From: Candidatus Binatia bacterium
GTDB taxonomy: Bacteria; Eisenbacteria; RBG-16-71-46; SZUA-252
Direction of reading: 5' to 3'
Assembly: GCA_035631035.1 (NCBI GenBank)
Contig: DASQJL010000076.1
Coordinates: 13,482 to 77,481 of the forward strand
Length of the DNA stretch: 64,000 nt
The translations under genes and the position numbers were made by a program. Within the stretch, counting starts at the first letter, position 1; every line of letters begins with the position of its first letter. This document shows, one piece after another, positions 51,583 through 61,079 of the stretch. The notes under the pieces are model-generated. The model was not told where the DNA came from. It made no database searches and saw nothing but the letters and a program-made list of their open reading frames with translations.

Positions 51583-53124
51583 ATGAGCGAGCTCGTGGAA
51601 TGCGTTCCCAACTTCAGCGAAGGCCGAAATAAATCTGTAGTTACGGCCATCGCTGCCGAAATTTCGCGTGACCGGTCGATCCGCCTGCTCGACCAGGAGA
51701 TGAACGCCGACCACAACCGTTCGGTGATCACGTTCGTGGGGGAAGCGGAGGCCGTGCTGGAGGCGGCGCTCCGAGGCGTGAAGAAGGCGGCCGAGCTGAT
51801 CGACATGCGCCATCACCGGGGGGAGCATCCACGGATGGGAGCCACCGACGTCCTGCCGTTCGTCCCGGTCGGCACCGCCGCGCTCGAGGGCTGCGTCCAG
51901 CTCGCGCGGCGCGCCGGCGAGCGGATCGGCAGCGAGCTCGGGATCCCGGTATTCCTGTACGAAGCGGCCGCGACGCGGCCCGACCGCCAGAACCTGGCGG
52001 ACGTGCGGCGCGGCGAATACGAAGGGCTGGCCCGGGCGATCGGGACGGATTCGGATCGGGCGCCCGACTTCGGGCCCGCCGCGATCCATCCCTCGGCGGG
52101 CGCGACGGCGGTCGGCGCGCGCCTGCCGCTCCTCGCCTTCAACGTGAACCTCGGCACGTCGGACGTCGAGATCGCGAAGCGGATCGCCAAGGCGATCCGG
52201 TTCCAGACCGGCGGCCTGCGCTACGTGAAGGCGCTGGGGTTCGCCCTGGCGGAGCGGGGCATCGTCCAGGTCTCGATGAATCTCGTGAACACGTGGGGCA
52301 CTCCGGTGCACCGCGTGTTCGCGCTCATCCGGGACGAGGCGGAGCGCTACGGCGTTCCGATCGTCGGCAGCGAGGTGGTGGGGCTGGTCTGCCAGGACGC
52401 GCTCGTGGACGTGGCGGAGCACGCGCTGCGGCTGGAGAGCTTCTCGCGCGACCAGATCCTCGAAAACCGCCTGGCGCGCCGGATCGGCGCGGCAGAGCAG
52501 GCGCTGCCCGAGTTCGTGGACGAGGTGGCGTCGTCCGCGCCGACGCCGGGCGGCGGCACCGTCTCGGCCGTGGCGGGCGCGCTCGCGGGGGCGCTCGCGA
52601 CGATGGTCGCGCGGCTCACGATCGGGAAAAAGAAGTACGCGGAGGCGGAGGGGGCCATGCGCGAGGTCGAGCGTGAAGGCGAGGCGATCCGCCGCGAACT
52701 CCTGGACCTCGCGGCGGCCGACGCGCGCGCGTTCGAGGGCTATCGCGCGGCGATGAAGCTCTCGCAGCGGACGCCGGAGGAAGTCGCCGCGCGCGCCCGC
52801 GCGATCGAGGCCGCGGCGCTCACGGCGGCCGAGGTGCCGCTCCAGACCGCCGAAGCGTGCGTGCGCGCGCTGGAATTGGCGCGCACGGCGGCCGAGTCGG
52901 GGAACGAGAACGCGGTCAGCGACGCGGGGGTGGCGGCCTGGCTCGCCCGGGCGGGAGCCGAGGGCGCCGCGCTCAACGTGAAGATCAACCTGCCGTCGGT
53001 GACGGAAGCGCAGCGGGCGGGGCTTCTGAAGCGCGTGAACGGCTGTGCGGAGCGGGCTCGCTCGCTCCACGAAGCGTGCGTCGAACGCGTGCAACGGCGA
53101 ATGCCGGCGCCCGCGGCCGTCTAG
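51583..53124 (+). CDS. ftcD: bifunctional glutamate formimidoyltransferase / formimidoyltetrahydrofolate cyclodeaminase (FTCD-like), 513 aa
   Basis: LVECVPNFSEGRNKSVV…ITFVG matches the formiminotransferase N-terminus; C-terminal cyclodeaminase domain present; AGGAGAGG RBS. Confidence 0.8.
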   Translation: MSELVECVPNFSEGRNKSVVTAIAAEISRDRSIRLLDQEMNADHNRSVITFVGEAEAVLEAALRGVKKAAELIDMRHHRGEHPRMGATDVLPFVPVGTAALEGCVQLARRAGERIGSELGIPVFLYEAAATRPDRQNLADVRRGEYEGLARAIGTDSDRAPDFGPAAIHPSAGATAVGARLPLLAFNVNLGTSDVEIAKRIAKAIRFQTGGLRYVKALGFALAERGIVQVSMNLVNTWGTPVHRVFALIRDEAERYGVPIVGSEVVGLVCQDALVDVAEHALRLESFSRDQILENRLARRIGAAEQALPEFVDEVASSAPTPGGGTVSAVAGALAGALATMVARLTIGKKKYAEAEGAMREVEREGEAIRRELLDLAAADARAFEGYRAAMKLSQRTPEEVAARARAIEAAALTAAEVPLQTAEACVRALELARTAAESGNENAVSDAGVAAWLARAGAEGAALNVKINLPSVTEAQRAGLLKRVNGCAERARSLHEACVERVQRRMPAPAAV

Positions 53125-53145
53125 GACGAGGTCGGGGAACCGGGC

Positions 53146-54915
53146 GTGGACCGAAACATCGCGATCAAGAAGAAGGCGCAGCAGCTCATCCAGAAGGGGC
53201 AGATCGACGCCGCCCTGGCCGAGTTCGACAAGCTGTTCGCGCAGGGGGACAAGGACCCCTACGACTTCATCCTGGTCGCCGACCTCCTGGCCAAGCGCGG
53301 ATCGATGCAGGAGGCGGTGCGCCGCTACCGCCAGGCCGTGGAGGAGTACACCCGGGCCGAGCTCTTCAAGAACGCGATCGCCGTCTGCAAGAAGATCCTC
53401 CGGATTTCCAAGGAAGACCTCCAGATCCACCGCACCCTCGGCGAGCTGTACGCCAAGGAGGGGCTCTACGGCGACGCGATCATCCACTACCTGGAGTTCG
53501 CCGAGGGCTCGATCCGCCGCCAGGACCACGATGCCGCGCTCGACGTGATCGAGACGGTCCTCGGCCTCTCGCCCGACAACGACGAGCTCTCCGAGAAGTT
53601 CGTCGAGATCGCGGTGCGCGCCGACCAGCCCGAGCGCGGCGGCAAGGAGCTCTACCGCCGCGCCGACCGCCGCGCGCGGGCGGGCCGCTCCGCCGAGGCG
53701 GCCGAGCTCCGCGATCGCGCCTCCACGCTGGCTCCCGGCACGACGCCCGAGTTCGCCGTGGAGGACGCCGGGCCTCCGGCCCTGGCGGACGGCAACTTCT
53801 CGTCAGCGCCCGCCGTCGAGACGCCGGATGCCCCGGAGGAAGCTCCCGGCCGGTCCGCCCTTGCATCCTCGGGCTTCAACCTGGACCAGATGGCGCGGCC
53901 GGGGGAGGGCGAGGACGCTCGGGTGCCCGAGCCGGGCGTGGTCTCGCTGCACCGCGAGGAGCCGCCCCTGCCGGCGGCCGCGGAGAAGGCGGACGCCGTC
54001 GGCACGCACGCCGAGCTCGCGGCCGGCTACCTGAGCGCGGGGAACCGCGAGCTCGCGGCGGAGGAGTTCTGGAAAGCGGCGGAGCTCGCCTTCTTCCGCG
54101 GCGACCTCACGAAGGTACGCACGCTGCTCACGTCGCTGCTCACGGCCATTCCGAACCACGAGGCGGCGCTGCGGCGCCTCGTCGACATCACGTCGCAGGC
54201 CGAGGATCGGCCCGCCGAGGCGAAGGCGCGGTTCGACCTGGCCGAGGTATACCTGGCGCACGAGGAGTGGCCGCTCGCGCGCGCCGAGTTCATGCGCGTG
54301 CTGGAGCTGAATCCCGGCAATGACCGCGCGCGCGCCCGCGTGCAGCGCCTCGACGCCATGAACGGCGACGCCCCGGCCGGGATCGACCTGGACGCCATCG
54401 ACACGCCGAAGCCGGCCGCCTCGGTGCGCGTGCGGGACGACCAGCCCGCCAGCATGGACAACCTGGTGGACCTCGAGGAGATCATCGACGAGTTCAAGGC
54501 CGGCGTCTCGAACACCATCTCCGGCGAAGACCATGAGAGCCATTACGATCTCGGCATGGCCTACATGGAGATGGGGCTCCACGACGAGGCGATCCAGGAG
54601 TTCCAGATCGCCTCGAAGGGGGGACCGATGGAGCTCAAGTGCCTGGAGATGATCGCCCTCTGCTATCTCGAGAAGAACGAGCCCGCCGCGGCGGCGCGGG
54701 AGCTGGACCGGGCGCTGCAGCTTCCCGGACATGGACCGGAAGAAACGATCAGCATCCGGTACAATCTGGGCCTGGCCAACGAGCGCCTCGGCAACCTCGA
54801 CAAGGCGCTCCAGCATTTCGAGGAGGTGTACCTGCTCAACGTCGATTTCCTCAAGGTGGCGTCCAAGGTGCGCGAGGTGAAGGCGCGCCTGGCGGGCGCC
54901 CAGGATCCAACGTGA
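53146..54915 (+). CDS. TPR-repeat protein (589 aa)
   Basis: Multiple TPR-like helical repeats at both ends (…EAVRRYRQAVEEYTRAELFKNAI…, …HYDLGMAYMEMGLHDEAIQEFQIA…). Confidence 0.7.
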   Translation: MDRNIAIKKKAQQLIQKGQIDAALAEFDKLFAQGDKDPYDFILVADLLAKRGSMQEAVRRYRQAVEEYTRAELFKNAIAVCKKILRISKEDLQIHRTLGELYAKEGLYGDAIIHYLEFAEGSIRRQDHDAALDVIETVLGLSPDNDELSEKFVEIAVRADQPERGGKELYRRADRRARAGRSAEAAELRDRASTLAPGTTPEFAVEDAGPPALADGNFSSAPAVETPDAPEEAPGRSALASSGFNLDQMARPGEGEDARVPEPGVVSLHREEPPLPAAAEKADAVGTHAELAAGYLSAGNRELAAEEFWKAAELAFFRGDLTKVRTLLTSLLTAIPNHEAALRRLVDITSQAEDRPAEAKARFDLAEVYLAHEEWPLARAEFMRVLELNPGNDRARARVQRLDAMNGDAPAGIDLDAIDTPKPAASVRVRDDQPASMDNLVDLEEIIDEFKAGVSNTISGEDHESHYDLGMAYMEMGLHDEAIQEFQIASKGGPMELKCLEMIALCYLEKNEPAAAARELDRALQLPGHGPEETISIRYNLGLANERLGNLDKALQHFEEVYLLNVDFLKVASKVREVKARLAGAQDPT

Positions 54916-55760
54916 CCGGCTCGACGATCGACCTGCACATGCACTCGACCGCCTCCGACGGCTCCGACGCCCCGGAGGCGGTCGCCGCTTTGGCCGAGCG
55001 GAACGGCCTGCGCGTGATCGCGCTGACCGACCACGACTGCCTGGACGGGATCCCGGCCGCGGCGGCGCGCGCCGAGGCCGCGGGCATCCGGCTGATCCCC
55101 GGCGCGGAGCTCTCCGTTCACGAAGAGGGGACCGACGTGCACCTGCTGGCCTACGGCTTCGATCCGCACGACGCGGCGCTGGTCGAAGCGATCGGCCGCT
55201 ACCGCGACGCGCGGCGGGAGCGCGCGCGGAAGATCCTGGCGCGGCTGAAGGGGCTGGGGATCCGCGTGCCGCTCGAGACCGTCGAGGAGATCGCCCGCGG
55301 CGGCGCGCTCGGACGCCCCCACGTGGCGGAAGCGCTCCTGCGCGGAGGCCACGTCGAGACCTTCAACGAAGCGTTCCAGCGCTTCCTGGGGACGCACGGG
55401 CCGGCGTACGTGGCCAAGGCGGTCGTGCGCCTGGAGGAGGCGACGAGCGTGGTGCGCGAGGCGGGGGGCGTCACGGTGCTGGCCCACCCGGGCACGCTCA
55501 ATCGCGACCACCTGATCCCCGGCTGGGCGCGGCGCGGGCTCGACGGGATCGAAGTCTGGCACTCCAAGCACGACGCGAACGCCGTGGCGCGCTACCAGGG
55601 CTTTGCCAAGATCCACGGGCTGCTCATGACCGGTGGCTCGGACTATCACGGCGAGCGCACGCCCTCCGTGACGATCGGCTCGGTGCCCGTCCCCGAGAGC
55701 GTGCTGCCGCCGCTCGACGAAGCGTTTCGCGCCCGCCGTCCCGCCGCCTCCGGCCGCTAG
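54912..55760 (+). CDS. PHP-domain metal-dependent phosphoesterase (TrpH/YciV-like), 282 aa
   Basis: IDLHMHSTASDGS…ALTDHD…HPG… PHP histidine motifs. GTG overlaps the TPR gene stop (GTGA). Confidence 0.75.
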   Translation: MTGSTIDLHMHSTASDGSDAPEAVAALAERNGLRVIALTDHDCLDGIPAAAARAEAAGIRLIPGAELSVHEEGTDVHLLAYGFDPHDAALVEAIGRYRDARRERARKILARLKGLGIRVPLETVEEIARGGALGRPHVAEALLRGGHVETFNEAFQRFLGTHGPAYVAKAVVRLEEATSVVREAGGVTVLAHPGTLNRDHLIPGWARRGLDGIEVWHSKHDANAVARYQGFAKIHGLLMTGGSDYHGERTPSVTIGSVPVPESVLPPLDEAFRARRPAASGR

Positions 55761-55836
55761 CCCGCCTCCGCAGCCTCGGAGCACCGCGTCCTTGCGCCCG
55801 ACGGCGCGCCTCTGGTAGCGTCCCTGTCCCCGGCCC

Positions 55837-56382
55837 ATGCGCACCGCCGCCCGTAGCGCCGCCCTCATCGCCTTCTCCGTCGCGTGCGGCTACGCGAAGC
55901 CGCTCCTGTTCCCGGTTCTCTTCTTCGTGGAGCTTTTCTCGGTGGCGGTCTTCCTGTCGGGGGTGATCGTGGGGGTGGGGTGGGGAATGTGGGTGGCCGC
56001 CGCGGCGCGCCTCATCTTCAGCGTCGCCAACCCGTACGGCCCGCTGCATCCCTGGGTGCTCGCCGCGCAAGTCGTGGCGGCGGCCCTGATCGGCGCCATG
56101 GGCGGGCTGGTCCGGCGGGCGCTCACGGCGTCGTGGCTTCAGGCCGCCCCGGCCCGCGCCGCCTTCCTCGGTGCATGCGGATTCCTCGGGACCGCGGCCT
56201 ACGACCTGATCACCAATCTCGCCCAGGGGATCGTGTTCGGCTCGCTTCGAGCGGCCCTGGCGCTGGGCGTGCTTCCCTCGCTGCAGCACATCGCCTCGAA
56301 CACCGCGATCTTCGCCATCATCGGCGGCCTAGCGGTTTCGTGGCTGCGCCGCGATCCGCGCCTCCTGAGCCATGCGGCGTAG
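55837..56382 (+). CDS. small integral membrane protein (181 aa, ~5 TM), unknown function
   Basis: Hydrophobic helices throughout; overlaps the next gene by 11 nt. Confidence 0.4.
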   Translation: MRTAARSAALIAFSVACGYAKPLLFPVLFFVELFSVAVFLSGVIVGVGWGMWVAAAARLIFSVANPYGPLHPWVLAAQVVAAALIGAMGGLVRRALTASWLQAAPARAAFLGACGFLGTAAYDLITNLAQGIVFGSLRAALALGVLPSLQHIASNTAIFAIIGGLAVSWLRRDPRLLSHAA

Positions 56383-58537
56383 GCTGCTCCTCGCGGCGCT
56401 GCTCGTCGCCGCGGCTCTCCCGGCGCCGGCGCGGGCCCAGTCCGCGGCGCCCGCGGAGAGCACGGTCACGCGCCCGATGCCGCTCGTGGATTCGACCTCT
56501 GTCATCCCGGGCGGCGCCGTCCCGGTGCTCGATTCGACGGTCGTCCTCCCCGCGATGGTGCGGAACCTCCCCGGCGCCGCGCCGCCCGAGTCGCTGCCGC
56601 GGCCCGATACCCTCGGCCTGACGCTCCGCGCCGACATGCTGCGGAAGCGCGGCGACGTTTCGCTCGCACAGCTGCTCCAGGGGCGCCGGCCCGTGTGGAT
56701 CGAGACCGCGCCGGGCTTCGCGCCGCTCTTCGGCGCGCCGCGGCTCCTGGACTCCGGCGATCCGGTCTCGCCCGATCCGGGGCCGATCGCGGCGGACCGC
56801 GCGACCGATCGCACGGCGATCGCCGACTTCACGCACCTGCTCGGATCCGGGTATCCGCTCGGCGTGCCCGGCTTCGCGACGGCGTGGGAGATTCCGGAGA
56901 CGCGCGGCATCGATGCCTTCGACGAGGTCGCGATCGACTCCTCGCTCGCGCCCCACGCGCTTCTCGGGGCCGGGGATCTCTTCGCGCGACCGGGCGCGGT
57001 CCCGTTCGACGCCCTCGCCATGCCCGATCCGCCGGCGCCCTACCGCGTGCGGAGCGCACTCCTCTATCGGAAGGGCGCCGGAAACCTCCTCGATACGGGA
57101 GCGCGCTTCTCGTCTCCGCTTCTGGCGAATGGCGTCGCGGGCTCGTACGTGCGGCACGCCGCGGAGGCGCTGACGCCGTTCCTGAGCTCCATCTCGACGC
57201 GCTATACGCTGGCGGCCGGACTGACGCGCGGGGGCCCGCTCCGCTCCTGGGTGGAAGGGCGGCTCTTCAAGATGCGCATGGAGACCGACTACCCGGGGGG
57301 CTATGAGAACCCCGAGTTCGGCTTCACGCCGCCGACCCGCGCGCGCGCCGAGTGGGCGTCGCGTGAGGCGACCCTGCACGCGATTTGGACCGGAGGCGGC
57401 GTGGTCGCGTCGGCGGCGCTTCGCGCGGGGAAGTCGCAGGCGACCCAGATCCGCTACGACCTGGGGCGCGAGCGGTGGGCCTTCCCGGAGATCGCGGCCG
57501 AGGCGCGGCTCGCCGGCGGCGGAGCGCGCGCCTCGGAGGGTGAGGGACGCGACTCGCTGGCGCATCGCCCGGGTCCCGCATGGTCCTGGTCGCTCGAGGG
57601 GAGCGGATCGCGGCGGCGCGTGGACTACCGCTCCGACGACACCGCGTTCTTCCCGCGCGTCCGCGCCGGGCGCGCGGCGGCGACGCTGCGGCGCGCGGGC
57701 CCGGACGGCGGCGCCGAGGCGGCGGCGGCGGCGGACTTCCGCCTGGGAGACCCTTTGCTCGTCGATGGACGGCTCTCCCTCTGGGGCGCGCGCGGGCGGG
57801 CGCGCTTCCGCCTGGACGCCGAATCCGCGCACGAGCGGCCCACGATGGTGGATCTCTTCACCCCCGCGCGGGTCGACACGATGCCGAGCTCCGTGGCCCC
57901 GACCCTCCTGCTCGCGCGCGGCGGCGACGCATCGCTCGGCGCTCGCTCGCTCCGCGGCGTGCTCGCCGCCGCGGCGTTTCGCGCGCGACCCGGCGTCGAG
58001 CTCTACGCGTTCGGCTCGGCGCGTCGCGTGACCGACGACTTCGGCTGGACCGCCGAGCGCTCGGTGTCCGGCGACACGATCCTCATCGTGGACGCGGCGC
58101 GGGAGCGGGGGAGCGGCTGGGCGTTCCAGGCGGCGGCGGGAGGCGACGCGGCCTTCGGGCCCTTCACGGCGCGCGGCCTGGGCTGGCTGCGGGGCGGCGC
58201 CCAGGGGCTCGCGCCGCGGGCCGGCGCCCCTCCGCGGGCGGGACTGGACGCGTCGGTGGGGCTCCGCGCCAGCTTCTTCCAGGGCGATCTGCCGCTCCAG
58301 CTCGAGCTGGTCGGGCACGCCACCGGCCCCCGACATGGGATCCTCACCGCCCCCGCGCTCGCGACGTGGGATGCTCGCCTCCACGCGGACTTCGGGTCGG
58401 CGGGTCTCTTCGCCACCGTCACGAACCTGTTCGACGCCACGGTGCCGAGCGCCGTCTATCTCATCGACGAGAATCGCGGAGCGCCGCTTCCCGGGCGCGC
58501 GCTCACCGCGGGAGTGATCTGGCACATCCAGGACTAG
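56372..58537 (+). CDS. secreted/envelope hypothetical protein (721 aa)
   Basis: Signal peptide MRRRLLLAALLVAAALPAPARA-QS; beta-rich composition; no recognisable catalytic motif. Confidence 0.45.
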   Translation: MRRRLLLAALLVAAALPAPARAQSAAPAESTVTRPMPLVDSTSVIPGGAVPVLDSTVVLPAMVRNLPGAAPPESLPRPDTLGLTLRADMLRKRGDVSLAQLLQGRRPVWIETAPGFAPLFGAPRLLDSGDPVSPDPGPIAADRATDRTAIADFTHLLGSGYPLGVPGFATAWEIPETRGIDAFDEVAIDSSLAPHALLGAGDLFARPGAVPFDALAMPDPPAPYRVRSALLYRKGAGNLLDTGARFSSPLLANGVAGSYVRHAAEALTPFLSSISTRYTLAAGLTRGGPLRSWVEGRLFKMRMETDYPGGYENPEFGFTPPTRARAEWASREATLHAIWTGGGVVASAALRAGKSQATQIRYDLGRERWAFPEIAAEARLAGGGARASEGEGRDSLAHRPGPAWSWSLEGSGSRRRVDYRSDDTAFFPRVRAGRAAATLRRAGPDGGAEAAAAADFRLGDPLLVDGRLSLWGARGRARFRLDAESAHERPTMVDLFTPARVDTMPSSVAPTLLLARGGDASLGARSLRGVLAAAAFRARPGVELYAFGSARRVTDDFGWTAERSVSGDTILIVDAARERGSGWAFQAAAGGDAAFGPFTARGLGWLRGGAQGLAPRAGAPPRAGLDASVGLRASFFQGDLPLQLELVGHATGPRHGILTAPALATWDARLHADFGSAGLFATVTNLFDATVPSAVYLIDENRGAPLPGRALTAGVIWHIQD

Positions 58538-58546
58538 GAGGCGGCG

Positions 58547-59017
58547 ATGTGGGGCCGGGAGATGCGGGCGGGGCTGGTCTTCGTGCTGGTGTCTGTGGCT
58601 GCGGGCGGCGCGTTTCGAGGATGGCAGCGGGAGCACCGGGAGCGCTTCGACGAGATCGTGGCGTCGCTCGTGGAGGCCGATGCTCGTGATGCCTCGTCGG
58701 GGCGCGCGTCCTCGACGGTGGCTGGCGATTCGGCCGGGGCTGCGGCGGTTCCCGCCGTGAGTGCCCCCGGCGCGAGCCGCCTCGCACGGCGGGCCGCCGC
58801 GCCGCTTCGTCCCGCGTCGATCGACGTGGACCGGGCGAGCGAGGCGGAATTGCTTCGGCTGCCCGGGATTGGCCCTGCGCTCGCGGGGCGGATCGTCGCG
58901 GAGCGCGCGGCGGGCGGGCCGTTTGGGGGGCCGGATGGGCTCCTCAGAGTCCATGGGATTGGGCCTAAGACGCTGGAGAAGATCAGGCCTTTTCTGACTC
59001 CTGCTACGACACCCTAG
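58547..59017 (+). CDS. comEA: ComEA-family competence protein (tandem helix-hairpin-helix DNA-binding domain)
   Basis: N-terminal TM, then …ASEAELLRLPGIGPALAGRIVAER…LLRVHGIGPKTLEKIRPFL HhH motifs. Confidence 0.7.
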   Translation: MWGREMRAGLVFVLVSVAAGGAFRGWQREHRERFDEIVASLVEADARDASSGRASSTVAGDSAGAAAVPAVSAPGASRLARRAAAPLRPASIDVDRASEAELLRLPGIGPALAGRIVAERAAGGPFGGPDGLLRVHGIGPKTLEKIRPFLTPATTP

Positions 59018-59067
59018 CCCGGTTCCGCGCCGGTGGTCACGTCGGCCGTTTGCGGCTGACCGCGCCG

Positions 59068-59103
59068 GCGCGGTACATGGCGCGGTACATGGCGCGGTAC
59101 ATG
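59068..59103. repeat. three perfect tandem copies of GCGCGGTACATG
   Basis: 59068-59079, 59080-59091, 59092-59103; lies ~135 bp upstream of the sigma54-like promoter of pilB. Confidence 0.85.
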
Positions 59104-59235
59104 GCATTTTGAACGATGCTCTTCGCACGGCGCACGGTGGATTGCGCCTCGCCGGGCGCGGCGCATGGTCCGGCCGGCCCATCTAACCCCGCCGCTGCCG
59201 CCCGCTTCCCCGGCCGCGCCCCTCGTGGCTGGTCG

Positions 59236-59251
59236 TGGCACCCCTCTTGCG
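59236..59251 (+). promoter_or_regulatory. sigma54 (RpoN)-type promoter TGGCAC-N5-TTGC upstream of pilB
   Basis: TGGCACCCCTCTTGCG matches the -24 GG / -12 GC consensus with exact 5-nt spacing, 113 nt upstream of GTG 59364. Confidence 0.45.
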
Positions 59252-59363
59252 AATCCGAAATCGGCGCGATTCCGCGCGTTCCGCGAAAGATCGCGGGCCG
59301 GGACGCCGAAGACTCCCTCCGTATACGAACGCACCGTCGCGACACAACCGAGGGGATACGTCT

Positions 59364-61061
59364 GTGCAGCAGGAGAACGTCGGTCTCAAGCTGCTGGAAG
59401 CGCGTCTCATTTCGCCCGAGAACCTCCAGAAAGCGCAGCAGCAGGTCAAGACGGGCGGCGGCAATCTCACGGCCGCTCTCGTCAAGCTGGGCGCGATCAG
59501 CGAGGAGGATCTGGCGAAGTTTCTCGCGGAGCTCTACGGCGTGCCCGCGGTGGATCTCTCCAATTTCCAGCCCGATCCCTCCGTGGTGAAGCTGCTTCCG
59601 TCGGACGTGGCGAGCAAGTTCCAGGTGGTTCCGATCGCGCGCGCCGGACGCCGCCTCACCGTGGCCATGGCCAACCCGTCCAACATCTTCGCCATCGACG
59701 ACATCAAGTTCATCACCGGCTGCGAGGTGCAGCCGGTGGTCGCGCCCGAGTCGGCGGTCAAGAAGGCGATCGACAAGGCCTACGACTCCGCAGCCTCCTT
59801 CGAAACGGTCATGAGGGGGCTGGACGACGAGATCGAGGTCATCGACGAGTCGCCGGACGACACGCCGGACGTGGCCCTGATCGGCGAGGCGGAGCAGGCG
59901 CCCGTCGTCAAGCTGGTGAACTCGCTCATCTCCGACGCGGTTCGCAAGGGAGCGAGCGACATCCACATCGAACCCTACGAGAAGAGCCTGCGCGTGCGCT
60001 TCCGCATCGACGGCACGCTCTACGAGATGATGTCGCCGCCCTTCCGCATGAAGGCCGCGATCACCTCCCGCTTGAAGATCATGGCCGAGCTGGACATCGC
60101 GGAGCGGCGCGTGCCGCAGGACGGGCGCATCAAGCTGCGCCTCCTCGGCCGCACGATCGATCTTCGCGTCTCCAGCCTCCCGACGATCTTCGGCGAGAAG
60201 GTCGTGATGCGAATCCTGGACAAGGGCAACCTGAACATCGACTTGAGCAAGCTGGGGTTCCAGGAGCAGGCCTACACCGACTTCTCCCGCGCGATCGCCC
60301 AGCCCTACGGCATGGTGCTGGTGACGGGGCCGACCGGCTCCGGCAAGACGACCACCCTCTACTCCGCGCTCTCGAAGATCAACGTCCCCGAGGTCAACAT
60401 CATGACCGCGGAGGACCCGGTCGAGTACAACCTCGAGGGGATCAACCAGGTCCTCGTGAACGACGACGTGGGGCTCTCCTTCGCCGCGGCGCTCCGCGCC
60501 TTCCTGCGCCAGGACCCCAACATCATCATGGTGGGCGAGATCCGCGACATCGACACGGGCTCCATCGCCGTCAAGGCGGCGCTCACGGGCCACCTGGTCC
60601 TCTCCACGCTCCACACCAACGACGCGCCCAGCACGATCAACCGCATGGTCGACATGGGGATCGAGCCGTTCCTGGTCTCGTCGTCGACCAACCTGATCAT
60701 GGCGCAGCGGCTCCTGCGCAAGGTGTGCAACTCCTGCAAGACCGACGTGAAGCTCCATCCCGAGGCGCTTCGCGAGCTGGGCCTCTCCGACGAGGACGCG
60801 CGCAAGGAGAGCTTCAAGGAGGGGAAGGGCTGCGTCGACTGCAGCAACACCGGCTACAAGGGGCGCGTCGGCGTCTACGAGGTGATGCCGATGAGCGCCC
60901 GGATCCGCGATCAGATCCTCGACCGGGCCTCCACCGCCGACATCAAGAAGCAAGCGGTGGCGGAAGGAATGCTCACGCTGCGCATGGACGCGCTGATCAA
61001 GCTCAAGAAAGGAATTACGACGGCCGAAGAGGTCTTGAAAGAGACGGCGTCCGACCGCTAG
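59364..61061 (+). CDS. pilB: type IV pilus assembly ATPase PilB (GspE family), GTG start
   Basis: N-terminal GSPII domain, Walker A GPTGSGKTT, Asp/His boxes, tetracysteine CNSC…CVDC; followed by pilT and pilC. Confidence 0.9.
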   Translation: MQQENVGLKLLEARLISPENLQKAQQQVKTGGGNLTAALVKLGAISEEDLAKFLAELYGVPAVDLSNFQPDPSVVKLLPSDVASKFQVVPIARAGRRLTVAMANPSNIFAIDDIKFITGCEVQPVVAPESAVKKAIDKAYDSAASFETVMRGLDDEIEVIDESPDDTPDVALIGEAEQAPVVKLVNSLISDAVRKGASDIHIEPYEKSLRVRFRIDGTLYEMMSPPFRMKAAITSRLKIMAELDIAERRVPQDGRIKLRLLGRTIDLRVSSLPTIFGEKVVMRILDKGNLNIDLSKLGFQEQAYTDFSRAIAQPYGMVLVTGPTGSGKTTTLYSALSKINVPEVNIMTAEDPVEYNLEGINQVLVNDDVGLSFAAALRAFLRQDPNIIMVGEIRDIDTGSIAVKAALTGHLVLSTLHTNDAPSTINRMVDMGIEPFLVSSSTNLIMAQRLLRKVCNSCKTDVKLHPEALRELGLSDEDARKESFKEGKGCVDCSNTGYKGRVGVYEVMPMSARIRDQILDRASTADIKKQAVAEGMLTLRMDALIKLKKGITTAEEVLKETASDR

Positions 61062-61079
61062 GCCACCCGGGGAGGGGAG

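Noticed and set aside
56372-58537. 721-aa secreted protein as a PilQ-type secretin for the adjacent comEA/pil genes
   Set aside because: No secretin C-domain signature and no N0/KH-like repeats; left as hypothetical.
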